A stretch of 64,000 nt of DNA. Source: an uncultured Eubacteriales bacterium (GTDB lineage Bacteria > Acidobacteriota > Aminicenantia > Aminicenantales > Aminicenantaceae). Positions 1 to 9,461 of the stretch are shown here, in pieces; the first letter of the stretch is position 1; every line of letters starts with the position of its first letter. The position numbers were made by a program, and so were the translations under genes. The stretch is from assembly GCA_964346815.1 (NCBI GenBank), contig CAYFWF010000047.1, positions 890 through 64,889 of the forward strand, in the 5' to 3' direction. The notes below the pieces were generated by a model. It did no database searches and was not told the DNA's origin. It was given only the letters and a program-made list of their open reading frames with translations.

Positions 1-269
1 CAGCAACACCAGCATTGCTGTTATTACCCATGCTCCACCGTTGTCCTTATTTCCTCTTCGGGAATTCCTGGGAAATTTCAATCAAGCTCATTTTGATCTA
101 TGTTGCTGACTTGTTGACTCCACTCTTTTCGTATCTTCTTTACATTGAGGCAGATAGTATCTCTGTGCACTCCTAATTTCTCAGCAACTTCTAGCTGTGT
201 GATTGCCAAGTCCGAGTCCAGCTAAGTTATAAGTCAACTACTGAATCGATATCAGGGAGGAAGGTTAGC

Positions 270-1337
270 CTATCGGGTTTTCAAGATGCGGATCATTTCT
301 GCGCCGAACTCATCTGGTTCCTCGAAGAAGGGGAAGTGTGCAGAGTTGTCGAACCAAACAATCTCTTTGTAAGGCGCCTCGAGAATGGAGCAGTATTTTT
401 GGACCAGCTCGAACGGTGTCACATAATCATGGCGCCCGCTGAAGAAATAAATGGGGACCTCGAATTCTCTCACATTATCCATCAAGGGGCCCGCGATGAC
501 ATTGTATTGCATGTAGCGGGAGGAAAAGCTCGAACCCTTGGAAATCTTGAGTATATCGAAGAATCCGTACTCGGGAGAAAGGATGCCGGCTTTTATGAAC
601 GGCATGTAGCTTGTCGCTCCAACCAGCTCCCCCCCGAACTTGAATAGCCATTTTTCATGAACAGAGGGGCCGTATATTTTGAGCTCTTCAAGAGCTTCGG
701 GAATATTCCGGCTTTCGGCTGTTTCAAGAATAAAACGGGCTTGTATTTCTGTGGCCTTTTCATCGTCGACGACCTGGCCGATACCTATATAGGCTTCGAC
801 AAGTTCAGGATTCCCGGAGGTGAATAAGGTCCCCAAATAGCTGCCGAAGGAATGCCCCGCAAGGTAGACCTTATCCTGACTATATCGACGGCACAAAATG
901 TGGATGAGCTCCTTTGTATCCGCTAAAAGTTGAGCAACATTTAGAGAAGAAACCGGCAGATCATCGCAGAAAGACTTGCCGGCGCCGCGCCGGTCCCATT
1001 GTACGCAGATGAACTCTTTCTCGAGAGGATGCTGGAAGACATGAGAAAGATACATCATAGGCATTCCGGGACCGCCGTGGAGGAACAAAAGGATCGGATT
1101 GGAAACATCGTCTCCCCGGATCGATATCCACTGCTCATAACCGCTGATCGTTATTTTCTCCAGAGAGGTTATGCTATCGGGCGGAATTTTACCCTCCTGG
1201 TCTCTTATTTTCGGCGTGTGCGGCCTCATCAGATACAGAATTAAAAGGAAAAGGACAATAACAATGCCCACCATCCAGAAAATGATCTTGAAAAATTTGG
1301 GCACTCGCATCTTTTTATGTCTCTTTCCAACTCGCAT
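270..1337 (-). CDS. alpha/beta hydrolase, proline-iminopeptidase-like (S33), N-terminal membrane anchor
   Basis: GxSxG nucleophile elbow (GHSFGSY); HGGPG oxyanion-region motif; hydrophobic N-terminal segment. Confidence 0.75.
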   Translation of the reverse strand: MRVGKRHKKMRVPKFFKIIFWMVGIVIVLFLLILYLMRPHTPKIRDQEGKIPPDSITSLEKITISGYEQWISIRGDDVSNPILLFLHGGPGMPMMYLSHVFQHPLEKEFICVQWDRRGAGKSFCDDLPVSSLNVAQLLADTKELIHILCRRYSQDKVYLAGHSFGSYLGTLFTSGNPELVEAYIGIGQVVDDEKATEIQARFILETAESRNIPEALEELKIYGPSVHEKWLFKFGGELVGATSYMPFIKAGILSPEYGFFDILKISKGSSFSSRYMQYNVIAGPLMDNVREFEVPIYFFSGRHDYVTPFELVQKYCSILEAPYKEIVWFDNSAHFPFFEEPDEFGAEMIRILKTR

Positions 1338-1678
1338 GTCGTCGAATGATTCGGATACGCGCCTTGATTTCTAAAGCGACGTTTTTATTCTCTCATTGTA
1401 ATTCAGATTTAAGCTTTTTATCAAGTTCTTGAGCGATAGGCTTTGATATAGCTTTCTCCTTAGCCGCATGGCTTCGGCTTAGGTCTTTTTCCTCTCAGAG
1501 ATCTACGGTTTTTCATGTTTTTCCTTTACAACAATACTTGCAGATCCCGCCTGCAAGCAGCCAACTGTGAGATGGGATGACCCGCCAGTTAGTCGAAAAG
1601 GGGTTCTTGTTTTTTCCTTGTTCTTTACAGGTAATTATTTCTTGTCTACAATCAATCCAATTCTTTTTTTAAGTGTCG

Positions 1679-2050
1679 TCAATATCTTCTAAATGAATTT
1701 ATCCTCTCCCATTTCTCTATTTTCAGTCTTCTCCAATAAGCCCAGTCATAAACCCAATCTGGACATCTTTTGACTGTGATTCCTTCCGATCTTAGCCACC
1801 TTTGAATTGCCCTTCTTGGCACATGGAGAAGCCGTGAAGTAGCCCTGACTCCTACAGTCGTTGCTTTTTCGATGGCATATTCCTTCTGTTCTTGAGTATA
1901 GTGTCCTCCTTTAGGATTTAAGCTTTGGAAATAAAGCAATTGTTTACGATTTTCAGCATCAATCCACAATCTGATCAATGCTCTTGTACTTAATTTGTCT
2001 AGTCTATTCATGCTGCCCTCCATAGACCAAGATATCTTCCCATGTGACAA
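1679..2050 (-). CDS. orphan IS-type transposase N-terminal HTH protein (truncated, no DDE domain downstream)
   Basis: HTH segment VGVRATSRLLHVPRRAIQRWLR resembles InsA/IS-family transposase DNA-binding domains; no catalytic ORF follows; only out-of-frame fragments lie in 1380-1680. Confidence 0.45.
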   Translation of the reverse strand: MSHGKISWSMEGSMNRLDKLSTRALIRLWIDAENRKQLLYFQSLNPKGGHYTQEQKEYAIEKATTVGVRATSRLLHVPRRAIQRWLRSEGITVKRCPDWVYDWAYWRRLKIEKWERINSFRRY

Positions 2051-2144
2051 ATAAGTGACAAATTCTGTTGACTAGCGCTGAAGCTATGGTATTCCGGTTG
2101 AAAGACAAAAATGGGGTTTCCCAGGGGAAAACAGAGAAATCAGG

Positions 2145-2215
2145 CTGGCTGGGAAGCAGGGATTCGAACCCCGAATCCATGATCCAGAGTCATGTGTCCA
2201 TGTAGACAACAGCTC
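2145..2215 (-). pseudogene. tRNA-Gln(CUG)-like 3' fragment (anticodon arm + T arm + acceptor 3' strand + encoded CCA); no matching 5' acceptor strand
   Basis: Minus-strand read: catga-ctCTGga-tcatg anticodon stem-loop, GGTTCGAATCC T-loop, cttccca-g-CCA 3' end; the 5' strand tgggaag needed to close the acceptor stem is absent. Confidence 0.4.
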
Positions 2216-2331
2216 GTGGGCCAAATACGGGTCAAAAATGACTGAAAATGGCTGAAACTATGGTAATAGGATTGAAAATCCGAAAGACTTAAAAATCATC
2301 AAAAGGCAAAGATTTCCTGGGTTAACAGGAG

Positions 2332-2418
2332 TGCCGGGGGCCGGACTCGAACCGGCACGTAGGTACAACCTACGAGGGATTTTAAGTCCCTTGCGTCTAC
2401 CAATTCCGCCACCCCGGC
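2332..2418 (-). tRNA. tRNA-Leu(UAA), class II with long variable arm
   Basis: Acceptor gccgggg/ccccggc, anticodon loop cuUAAaa, variable arm cgtaggttgtacctacg, perfect T stem gccgg/ccggc with ttcgagt loop. Confidence 0.85.
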
Positions 2419-2621
2419 ACGCTTAGAATCAATGACTGAGATATTTTAGAAGACGCTATTTTTTTCCGACCGTGTCACCATTCTGCTCGTTATGGGCTGA
2501 AATTATATCACAACCTCATCTTCTGAACAATTGCACCCAAAGGATATGTGCTTTCATTTTATCCGATAATTCTTATATAATCAGTAACTATTATTTTCCA
2601 AATAATTAAAAGGTAAATACA

Positions 2622-3884
2622 ATGAAGAACAAAAGATTTATCTGGTTGCTCACGGTATCGATGCTCATTCTTTCCCCAGGGAACTCTCTATTGGCACAAG
2701 AAAAGTATTCACTCGAAAAAATCGTCGATCTCTACAAGCAGAACAACATTGCCCTGAAGATAAATAAGATGGAAATTGACAATGCCGTCTCCCGAAAGAA
2801 AATCGCCGGAGCTTGGGAAAATCCGTCGATTCGATACATTCAAGAAGGGATCAACATAGGGACTCAAGATAATCCTATTAAAGGAAGAGAATTTCAACTT
2901 GCCATGGAACAGAAGATTCCTCTAAGCGGAAGATTAGGACTGCAGTCAAAGCATGCTGAGCAGGGCATTCATATCGCTTCCGAAGAATACCGGCAAGTCT
3001 TTTGGTCTGGATTATCCTATATCAAGACATTGTTCTACGAGATCCAGTTTCTTAACAATACCCAGGACATCCTGGAAAAAATGAGACAGAAGATCGAAGA
3101 GCTCAACACCATCATAATCGAGAATTATGAACGGGGGGAAGCTTCTGGGATCGACACGGCCCGGATAACAATGATTCTCAAAGACATCGATTTAGAAAAG
3201 TATTCTGTCGATACTTCCTTGGATTTAAAAAAAAGAGAGCTCATCACACTGCTCGATCTCTCGAATGAACCAACACAAATCTCCTTTATGGAACCATATT
3301 ATCATTATGTCATTATCGAAGAAAAAAGCGATTTGAGTCAATCGCTGGTCGAAAATAACCCGCAAATTCAAATACTGATCAATTCACAAAAACGCGAGGA
3401 AATCCAGTTGTCTCTCGAAAAAAGGAAAAACTTCCCGGATCTCACAGCAGCCGGAGGATACAAAAAAGAAGATCTCTATGACACATATGCTTTTTCTTTA
3501 TCTCTGAACATTCCTCTATTTAACCAGCACGGAGGAGAAATCCAAGTCGCAAAAAACAATATGAGGATGAACGAACTGCAGCAAAGACTGATCACGAAGG
3601 AATTATTGGAGGCGTTTGAGAGAGAACACGCAAAGCATCTTAAGTCAAAAGAGCTCATTCAGCTGTTCAAAGCTCAATATCTGAGCCAGGCAGATAAACT
3701 GGAAAACTCTACGGTGGCAGCCTACAAAGGAGGCGAGGTCAATATGCTCGTCCTTGTGGACGCCCTCCAATCGGCCCTCAAAACCCGTCTCGAATTCATC
3801 GATCTAATCCTGCAAAACAATGTCGCTGTCTTCAACATCGAAAAAATGATAGGCAGGGAGATCGATTCGGAGAAAATACAATGA
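2622..3884 (+). CDS. outer-membrane efflux protein (TolC/CzcC family) of an RND system
   Basis: Signal peptide; ~420 aa with two coiled repeat halves typical of OEP family; 4-nt overlap with downstream MFP gene. Confidence 0.8.
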   Translation: MKNKRFIWLLTVSMLILSPGNSLLAQEKYSLEKIVDLYKQNNIALKINKMEIDNAVSRKKIAGAWENPSIRYIQEGINIGTQDNPIKGREFQLAMEQKIPLSGRLGLQSKHAEQGIHIASEEYRQVFWSGLSYIKTLFYEIQFLNNTQDILEKMRQKIEELNTIIIENYERGEASGIDTARITMILKDIDLEKYSVDTSLDLKKRELITLLDLSNEPTQISFMEPYYHYVIIEEKSDLSQSLVENNPQIQILINSQKREEIQLSLEKRKNFPDLTAAGGYKKEDLYDTYAFSLSLNIPLFNQHGGEIQVAKNNMRMNELQQRLITKELLEAFEREHAKHLKSKELIQLFKAQYLSQADKLENSTVAAYKGGEVNMLVLVDALQSALKTRLEFIDLILQNNVAVFNIEKMIGREIDSEKIQ

Positions 3885-5449
3885 AAAACAAATTCTTATT
3901 TTTCGGCGCTTTATTGGTCTTTACATACATTACTTCTCTTTGTATAGGGTGTACGGCAAAAAAAGAAAGTGCAGAGCCTGATTATTCTGTCTCATTGACG
4001 GATTGGAGCGATAAGCTCGAAGTGTTTATGGAATACCAAATGCCTACCCCTGGAGAAGAAATAAGTTTTGGCGTTCATGTAACGGATTTGAGTGATTTCA
4101 AACCCATCACAGAGGGAACACTGGCTCTTGTTTTCGTCAACCGCACCTCCGGACAAAAATCCGAAGCTCGAGCGGAAAATCCCATAAGGGACGGGATCTT
4201 CTCACCAAAACATACTTTTACCGAACCGGGAGAATACGACTTAGGCCTGACGCTCGAATCCGAAAAGGTCACGGATACCATGGACCTTGGAACTCTTGAG
4301 GTCTTCGAATCTTTATCGCTGCCTGAAAACGATGAAAAAATGTCCATCGATGAGGTGACTTTCCTCAAAGAGCAGCAGTGGAAAATGGAGTTCGATGTTG
4401 AACCCACAGAAATGCGGACCATCACGAACACCGTATCTGCTCCTGGAAAAATTATTGCTGCCCTCTACAGAATGGCGAAAATAAGTCCCCCACTTGACGG
4501 CAAAATAACATTAGACAAAAACGTCGTTCTGCCAAAACATGGGGATATGGTCAAATCAGGAGACATCCTCGCAATTATCGAACCATCTCTTGCATCATTC
4601 TCGAATTCTGACGGATACCAGATCGATCTGGAAGTGAAAAATTCCGAAACAAAACTCAAACTCGCTCAAAGCGAAGTGGAAAGACTGCGTGCGCTGTATG
4701 AAAAAGAAGCAGTTCCCAAAAAGAGACTGCTGGAAGCAGAAGCCGAACTGAATATCGCAGAGGCAAATTATAATAAAGCCATTAACAAGAAAGCGGCCTT
4801 CCAAAACATAAAGCTCCAGCCAGGTTCTGATTCCCAAAGCCCCTATTATTATGTCCGGGCACCCATCGACGGAAAAATAGTCGACCTGACATACACGCTG
4901 GGGGAACAGATCAAAGCCGGCGACATCATCATGACTGTACTCGACGATTCGAAAGTCTGGCTCGACATTGCCGTCTTCGAAAACGATATCGCCAAAATCA
5001 AAGGCTCATCCGGCGGGTACTTTACGATGACAGATAAAAGCCAGACATTCAATTTAGCCCAATACGATGGAGAATTGTTCTTTTTTGGTACAGTCATAGA
5101 TGAGAGCACAAGAACGATCTCCGTCATTTATGAGTTATCGAATCCGTCCAGCGAATTTTTGGTCGGCTCGTTCATCACCGCGCACCTGAATACGGCCGAG
5201 AACATTCAGACGATAAGCATCCCCAAGTCTGCCATATTTGACTCCGGAGGAAAAAAAGTCTGCTTTGTTCAGATCGGAGGGGAATCCTTTGAAAAGAGGG
5301 TCATTGAGCTGGGAATCGAAGGCCAAGACCATTTTCAAGTCCTCAACGGCCTTCAATCAGGAGAAAAAATCGTTGTTAAGGGAGGGTATGCCATTAAATT
5401 AGCAGCAGAGTCTTCCAGCAAAGATGTGGGAGAAGGACATTATCATTAA
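3881..5449 (+). CDS. RND efflux periplasmic adaptor (HlyD/CusB/CzcB family) with ~150-aa N-terminal extra domain
   Basis: Coiled-coil hairpin (EVERLRALYEKEAV...LLEAEAELNIAEANYNKA) and beta-barrel/MP domain motifs; position between OMP and RND genes. Confidence 0.8.
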   Translation: MKNKFLFFGALLVFTYITSLCIGCTAKKESAEPDYSVSLTDWSDKLEVFMEYQMPTPGEEISFGVHVTDLSDFKPITEGTLALVFVNRTSGQKSEARAENPIRDGIFSPKHTFTEPGEYDLGLTLESEKVTDTMDLGTLEVFESLSLPENDEKMSIDEVTFLKEQQWKMEFDVEPTEMRTITNTVSAPGKIIAALYRMAKISPPLDGKITLDKNVVLPKHGDMVKSGDILAIIEPSLASFSNSDGYQIDLEVKNSETKLKLAQSEVERLRALYEKEAVPKKRLLEAEAELNIAEANYNKAINKKAAFQNIKLQPGSDSQSPYYYVRAPIDGKIVDLTYTLGEQIKAGDIIMTVLDDSKVWLDIAVFENDIAKIKGSSGGYFTMTDKSQTFNLAQYDGELFFFGTVIDESTRTISVIYELSNPSSEFLVGSFITAHLNTAENIQTISIPKSAIFDSGGKKVCFVQIGGESFEKRVIELGIEGQDHFQVLNGLQSGEKIVVKGGYAIKLAAESSSKDVGEGHYH

Positions 5450-5465
5450 ATAACAAAGAGGCAAC

Positions 5466-8400
5466 ATGCTTAGCAAAATCATAAATTGGTCCTTATCGAA
5501 CAGAGCGATCGTCATTTATTTGACAGCATTGCTGTTGATCCTGGGAGTTTACATAACATCCCGGATTCCGGTAGATGTTTTCCCTGATCTGACCGCTCCC
5601 ACGGTCACGATTCTCACCGAAGCTCACGGAATGGCGCCGGAAGAAATTGAAATATTGATCAGCTTTCCGATCGAATCGGCCCTCAACGGGGCGGCAAACG
5701 TAAGAAGGGTACGATCCATATCAGCCATCGGATTATCTATCGTCTGGGTTGAGTTTGATTGGGGAATGGATATATACAATGCGCGCCAGATAGTCAACGA
5801 AAAACTTCAACAGGTCGCAGCCCAACTTCCCCCTGAAAGCGATCCTCCTTTCATGGCACCTATCTCGTCGTTGATGGGAGAGATTTATTTGGTCGGACTC
5901 ACAGGAGAAAAGGCCTCTCTTATGGAGCTGCGATCAATCGCTGATTGGGAGATAAGACGGCGCCTCCTCTCGGTCCGTGGCGTATCACAGGTCATTCCCA
6001 TTGGAGGAGACGTCAGACAATATCACGTCACCGTCGATCCCTTAAAAGCCAAGGAATACGGAATCTCTCTTCAGAAAATCGATGCGGCAATCGAGCAATC
6101 CAACGAAAACTCTGCCAGCGGCTTCACCGTTCAGTCAGGCATGGAATACATCATCAGAGGGCTGGGAAGGATACAGGCTTTGGAGGACCTAAAGAATTCT
6201 GTGGTTACGATAATAGAATCCAAGCCTATTCTCTTGAAACACATAGCCGAAGTATCTATAGGTCCAAAAATTATCCGTGGGACTGCTTCGATCAATAAAC
6301 AACCTTCGGTTATCGTGTCAATCATGAAGCAGCCAGATGTCAACACCCTGGAATTAACCAGAGAGATTGAGGATGTTCTCGCGGACATTCAATCGAAACT
6401 TCCTTCGAACATCCAGATCAACACAGAAATCTTCAAACAGTCTGATTTTATCAATGTCGCCGTCTCCAACGTTTTTCATGCCATAAGAGATGGAGCCATT
6501 TTGGTTGTGATCATTCTTTTCCTATTCCTGCTCAACTTCCGGACCACTTTCATCGCTTCCCTGGCCATTCCTCTCTCATTGCTCATCACGGTAATCGTCA
6601 TGAAGCTGGCAAATATCACGATCAACACCATGACCCTGGGAGGGATGGCTATCGCAGTGGGGATATTGGTTGACGATGCCATAGTCGATATCGAAAACGT
6701 ATTCAGGCGGTTGAAACAGAACATGCACCTACCCGAGGAAAAGAAAAAAAGCATCTTCCAGGTAGTCTACCAAGCTTCAAATGAAATCCGGCACCCGATC
6801 CTGTTCGCCACTCTCATCATCATCCTGGTATTCGCCCCGCTTTTTTTTCTCAGCGGTTTTGAAGGCAGGTTGTTGAGACCTCTTGGATTGACATACATCC
6901 TCTCCATTTTTGCCTCCTTGATCGTGGCCGTGACCGTGACTCCTGTCCTGAGTTATTATCTCCTCCCCAGCCTGAAAATTCTCAAACGGGAAGGCGATAC
7001 GCCAGTCGTTCGATATTTAAAGGCACTTTACAAGCCAATCCTTCAAAAAGTTCTCAAGCACCCAAAATCAGTGCTTATCGTGGCCTTTTCTCTGGTTGTC
7101 GTATCTATCGGTGTCATTCCCTTTTTGGGAAGGAGCTTCCTCCCGAGTTTTAACGAAGGAACTCTCACTTTGAGTGTGAATACAGCTCCTGGAACGTCGC
7201 TTTCCGAATCCGACAAAATCGGCAGCATGGTGGAGACAATCCTTCTCGAGCAGCCAGAGGTTTCATCTACAGCCCGAAGAACAGGTCGAGCCGAACTCGA
7301 CGAACATGCCCAAGAGGTCACAGGAGCGGAAGTGGATGTCAGACTGACCATGAAAGACCGCAGCAAAGCGGATTTTTTGGCTGAGCTGAGGAGACAGCTC
7401 TCTTTGGTTCCAGGCACTTTTATCGGTATCGGGCAACCGATCTCCCATCGCATCGATCATCTTCTTTCCGGCACGAAGTCACAAATCGCAGTAAAGATTT
7501 TCGGGCCAGATATATACATGTTACGGACCTTAGGAAACAGCGTCAAGGACCTCATGGAAGATATCGACGGAGTTGTCGATCTCGCCATCGAACAGCAGCA
7601 TGAAATCCCCCAAATCCAAATAAAGTTCAACCGCATCAATATGGCAAGGTTCGGTTTAAGGACACATGAAGTCGCGGAAAATATCGAGATAGCCTTTCAA
7701 GGAAAAATCGTTTCCCAGATCCTGGAAGGACAGCGCTCATTCGACGTTGTGTTGAGATACGGAGAAGAATTCAGGAAAGATATCGAGTCGATCAAAAGAA
7801 CCCTTATAGATACACCCTTAGGGGAAAAAGTGCCTTTGCTACAAGTGGCTGATATCCGATATGAAAATGGGCCCAACTTCATAAGCCGTGAAGATGTTCA
7901 GAGAAAAATAGTCGTCCACTGCAACGTAGCAGGAAAAGACCTCAAGAGTGTTATAGACGCCATCGAATCGAAAATTGCAGAAAGCATCGTCATCCCTCCG
8001 GATTATTACATCTCATTCGGAGGACAATTCGAAAGCGAAGAAAAAGCTTCGAGGATCATCCTTCTGGTGAGTCTGCTCTCCTTGTTAAGCATTTTCGTTC
8101 TGCTTTCGATCTCCTATCACTCCATCAAATCAGCGATGCTGATCATTATCAACCTACCCCTGGCTCTAATTGGAGGGATTGTAGCTGTGCTGCTTTCAGG
8201 GGGAACTCTGAGTATTCCTTCTCTTGTTGGTTTCGTTACCCTCATCGGGATAGCCACCAGAAACGGAATCATGCTGATCTCGCATTACAACCATCTCATA
8301 GAGGAAGAACAAAAGTCCCTGGACGAAGCGGTTATGCAGGGATCTCTGGAACGGTTGATCCCTATTCTCATGACAGCTCTGACAACGAGTCTCGCTCTTA

Positions 8401-8555
8401 TACCCTTAGCAATTAGAGGAACCGCGCCCGGTAATGAAATTCAATCTCCCATGGCCATTGTCATTTTAGGCGGGCTAGTGACCGCGACATTTCTCAACAT
8501 GATCGTCATGCCGGTTTTGTTTCACAGATATTTCAAAGAGAGGGCTAAGGCATAA
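5466..8555 (+). CDS. heavy-metal-efflux RND transporter (CusA/CzcA family)
   Basis: 1029 aa, 12-TM RND architecture; TM4 motif GILVDDAIVDIENVFRR aligns to the HME-RND A/D-x5-D-x6-E signature and gives the A...D...E pattern seen in CusA. Confidence 0.85.
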   Translation: MLSKIINWSLSNRAIVIYLTALLLILGVYITSRIPVDVFPDLTAPTVTILTEAHGMAPEEIEILISFPIESALNGAANVRRVRSISAIGLSIVWVEFDWGMDIYNARQIVNEKLQQVAAQLPPESDPPFMAPISSLMGEIYLVGLTGEKASLMELRSIADWEIRRRLLSVRGVSQVIPIGGDVRQYHVTVDPLKAKEYGISLQKIDAAIEQSNENSASGFTVQSGMEYIIRGLGRIQALEDLKNSVVTIIESKPILLKHIAEVSIGPKIIRGTASINKQPSVIVSIMKQPDVNTLELTREIEDVLADIQSKLPSNIQINTEIFKQSDFINVAVSNVFHAIRDGAILVVIILFLFLLNFRTTFIASLAIPLSLLITVIVMKLANITINTMTLGGMAIAVGILVDDAIVDIENVFRRLKQNMHLPEEKKKSIFQVVYQASNEIRHPILFATLIIILVFAPLFFLSGFEGRLLRPLGLTYILSIFASLIVAVTVTPVLSYYLLPSLKILKREGDTPVVRYLKALYKPILQKVLKHPKSVLIVAFSLVVVSIGVIPFLGRSFLPSFNEGTLTLSVNTAPGTSLSESDKIGSMVETILLEQPEVSSTARRTGRAELDEHAQEVTGAEVDVRLTMKDRSKADFLAELRRQLSLVPGTFIGIGQPISHRIDHLLSGTKSQIAVKIFGPDIYMLRTLGNSVKDLMEDIDGVVDLAIEQQHEIPQIQIKFNRINMARFGLRTHEVAENIEIAFQGKIVSQILEGQRSFDVVLRYGEEFRKDIESIKRTLIDTPLGEKVPLLQVADIRYENGPNFISREDVQRKIVVHCNVAGKDLKSVIDAIESKIAESIVIPPDYYISFGGQFESEEKASRIILLVSLLSLLSIFVLLSISYHSIKSAMLIIINLPLALIGGIVAVLLSGGTLSIPSLVGFVTLIGIATRNGIMLISHYNHLIEEEQKSLDEAVMQGSLERLIPILMTALTTSLALIPLAIRGTAPGNEIQSPMAIVILGGLVTATFLNMIVMPVLFHRYFKERAKA

Positions 8556-8587
8556 CCTGCAAAATGTATAATAATATGGAGGATAAA

Positions 8588-9421
8588 ATGAGAAAAATTG
8601 GTTTGACTTTAATGGCTATTATTTTTTTGTTTGCTGTTTCTGTCACAATTCTTGCTCATGATTTTTGGCTTGTCCCTAAAAAATTCAGGATTTCCCCAGG
8701 TGATTCGTTGATTATTCTGGCCAATACGGGAATGGATTTCCCGAACAGCCTCAGTGCAGTAACCCCAGATAGAATCGACCAGTTTGTACTTGCAGGGGAA
8801 TCAACAAAAGAGAATATTACAGAATTTACTGTCGAGGGGAACTCTCTTGCTGCGAATTGCTCTTTCGGAAAACCTGGGACTTTTGTCATCGCGGCGGCTT
8901 TGAAGCCCAACGAGATCAAATTGACAGGGAAAGAATTCAACGAGTACCTGCTTGCCGATGGCCTTCCCAACATTTATGAGCTCAGGAAAAAAGAAGGAAT
9001 CCTCCATAAAGACGCTGTCGAGTATTATTCCAAATATCCCAAGACAATTATCCAAGTCGGAAACAAAATTGACGATTCCCCGACAAAACCAATAGGCCTT
9101 CCCATCGAAATCGTCCCAAAGGTCAATCCTTATAAATTAAACAAAGGAGATGAGCTGGAAGTTTTGGTGCTTTTCCAAGGGAAGCCGCTTCCGAATGCGG
9201 AAATTGCGTGGAGTTACCCAGGACGGGGGGAAGAGTTTGCCGGCTCAGCAAAAACAGATGAATCAGGACAGGCATCTATTCCTTTGATAAAAGCCGGGCC
9301 ATATGTCATCAGGCTCACTCATATGGAATGGGTCAAAAAACCGACACGTGAATGGGAGAGCTATTGGACTTCTCTGACCTTCGAGGTTATATCTAACAAT
9401 AATTCTCAATCCCAAAACTGA
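8588..9421 (+). CDS. periplasmic protein, possibly DUF4198-like metal-binding protein
   Basis: Signal peptide followed by HDFWLVP start of mature protein; RBS GGAGG before ATG at 8588; all-beta composition; follows RND gene in the same orientation. Confidence 0.45.
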   Translation: MRKIGLTLMAIIFLFAVSVTILAHDFWLVPKKFRISPGDSLIILANTGMDFPNSLSAVTPDRIDQFVLAGESTKENITEFTVEGNSLAANCSFGKPGTFVIAAALKPNEIKLTGKEFNEYLLADGLPNIYELRKKEGILHKDAVEYYSKYPKTIIQVGNKIDDSPTKPIGLPIEIVPKVNPYKLNKGDELEVLVLFQGKPLPNAEIAWSYPGRGEEFAGSAKTDESGQASIPLIKAGPYVIRLTHMEWVKKPTREWESYWTSLTFEVISNNNSQSQN

Positions 9422-9461
9422 GACCAAAATTTGAGGATCGTTTTAATTCCAGAAAATAAAT

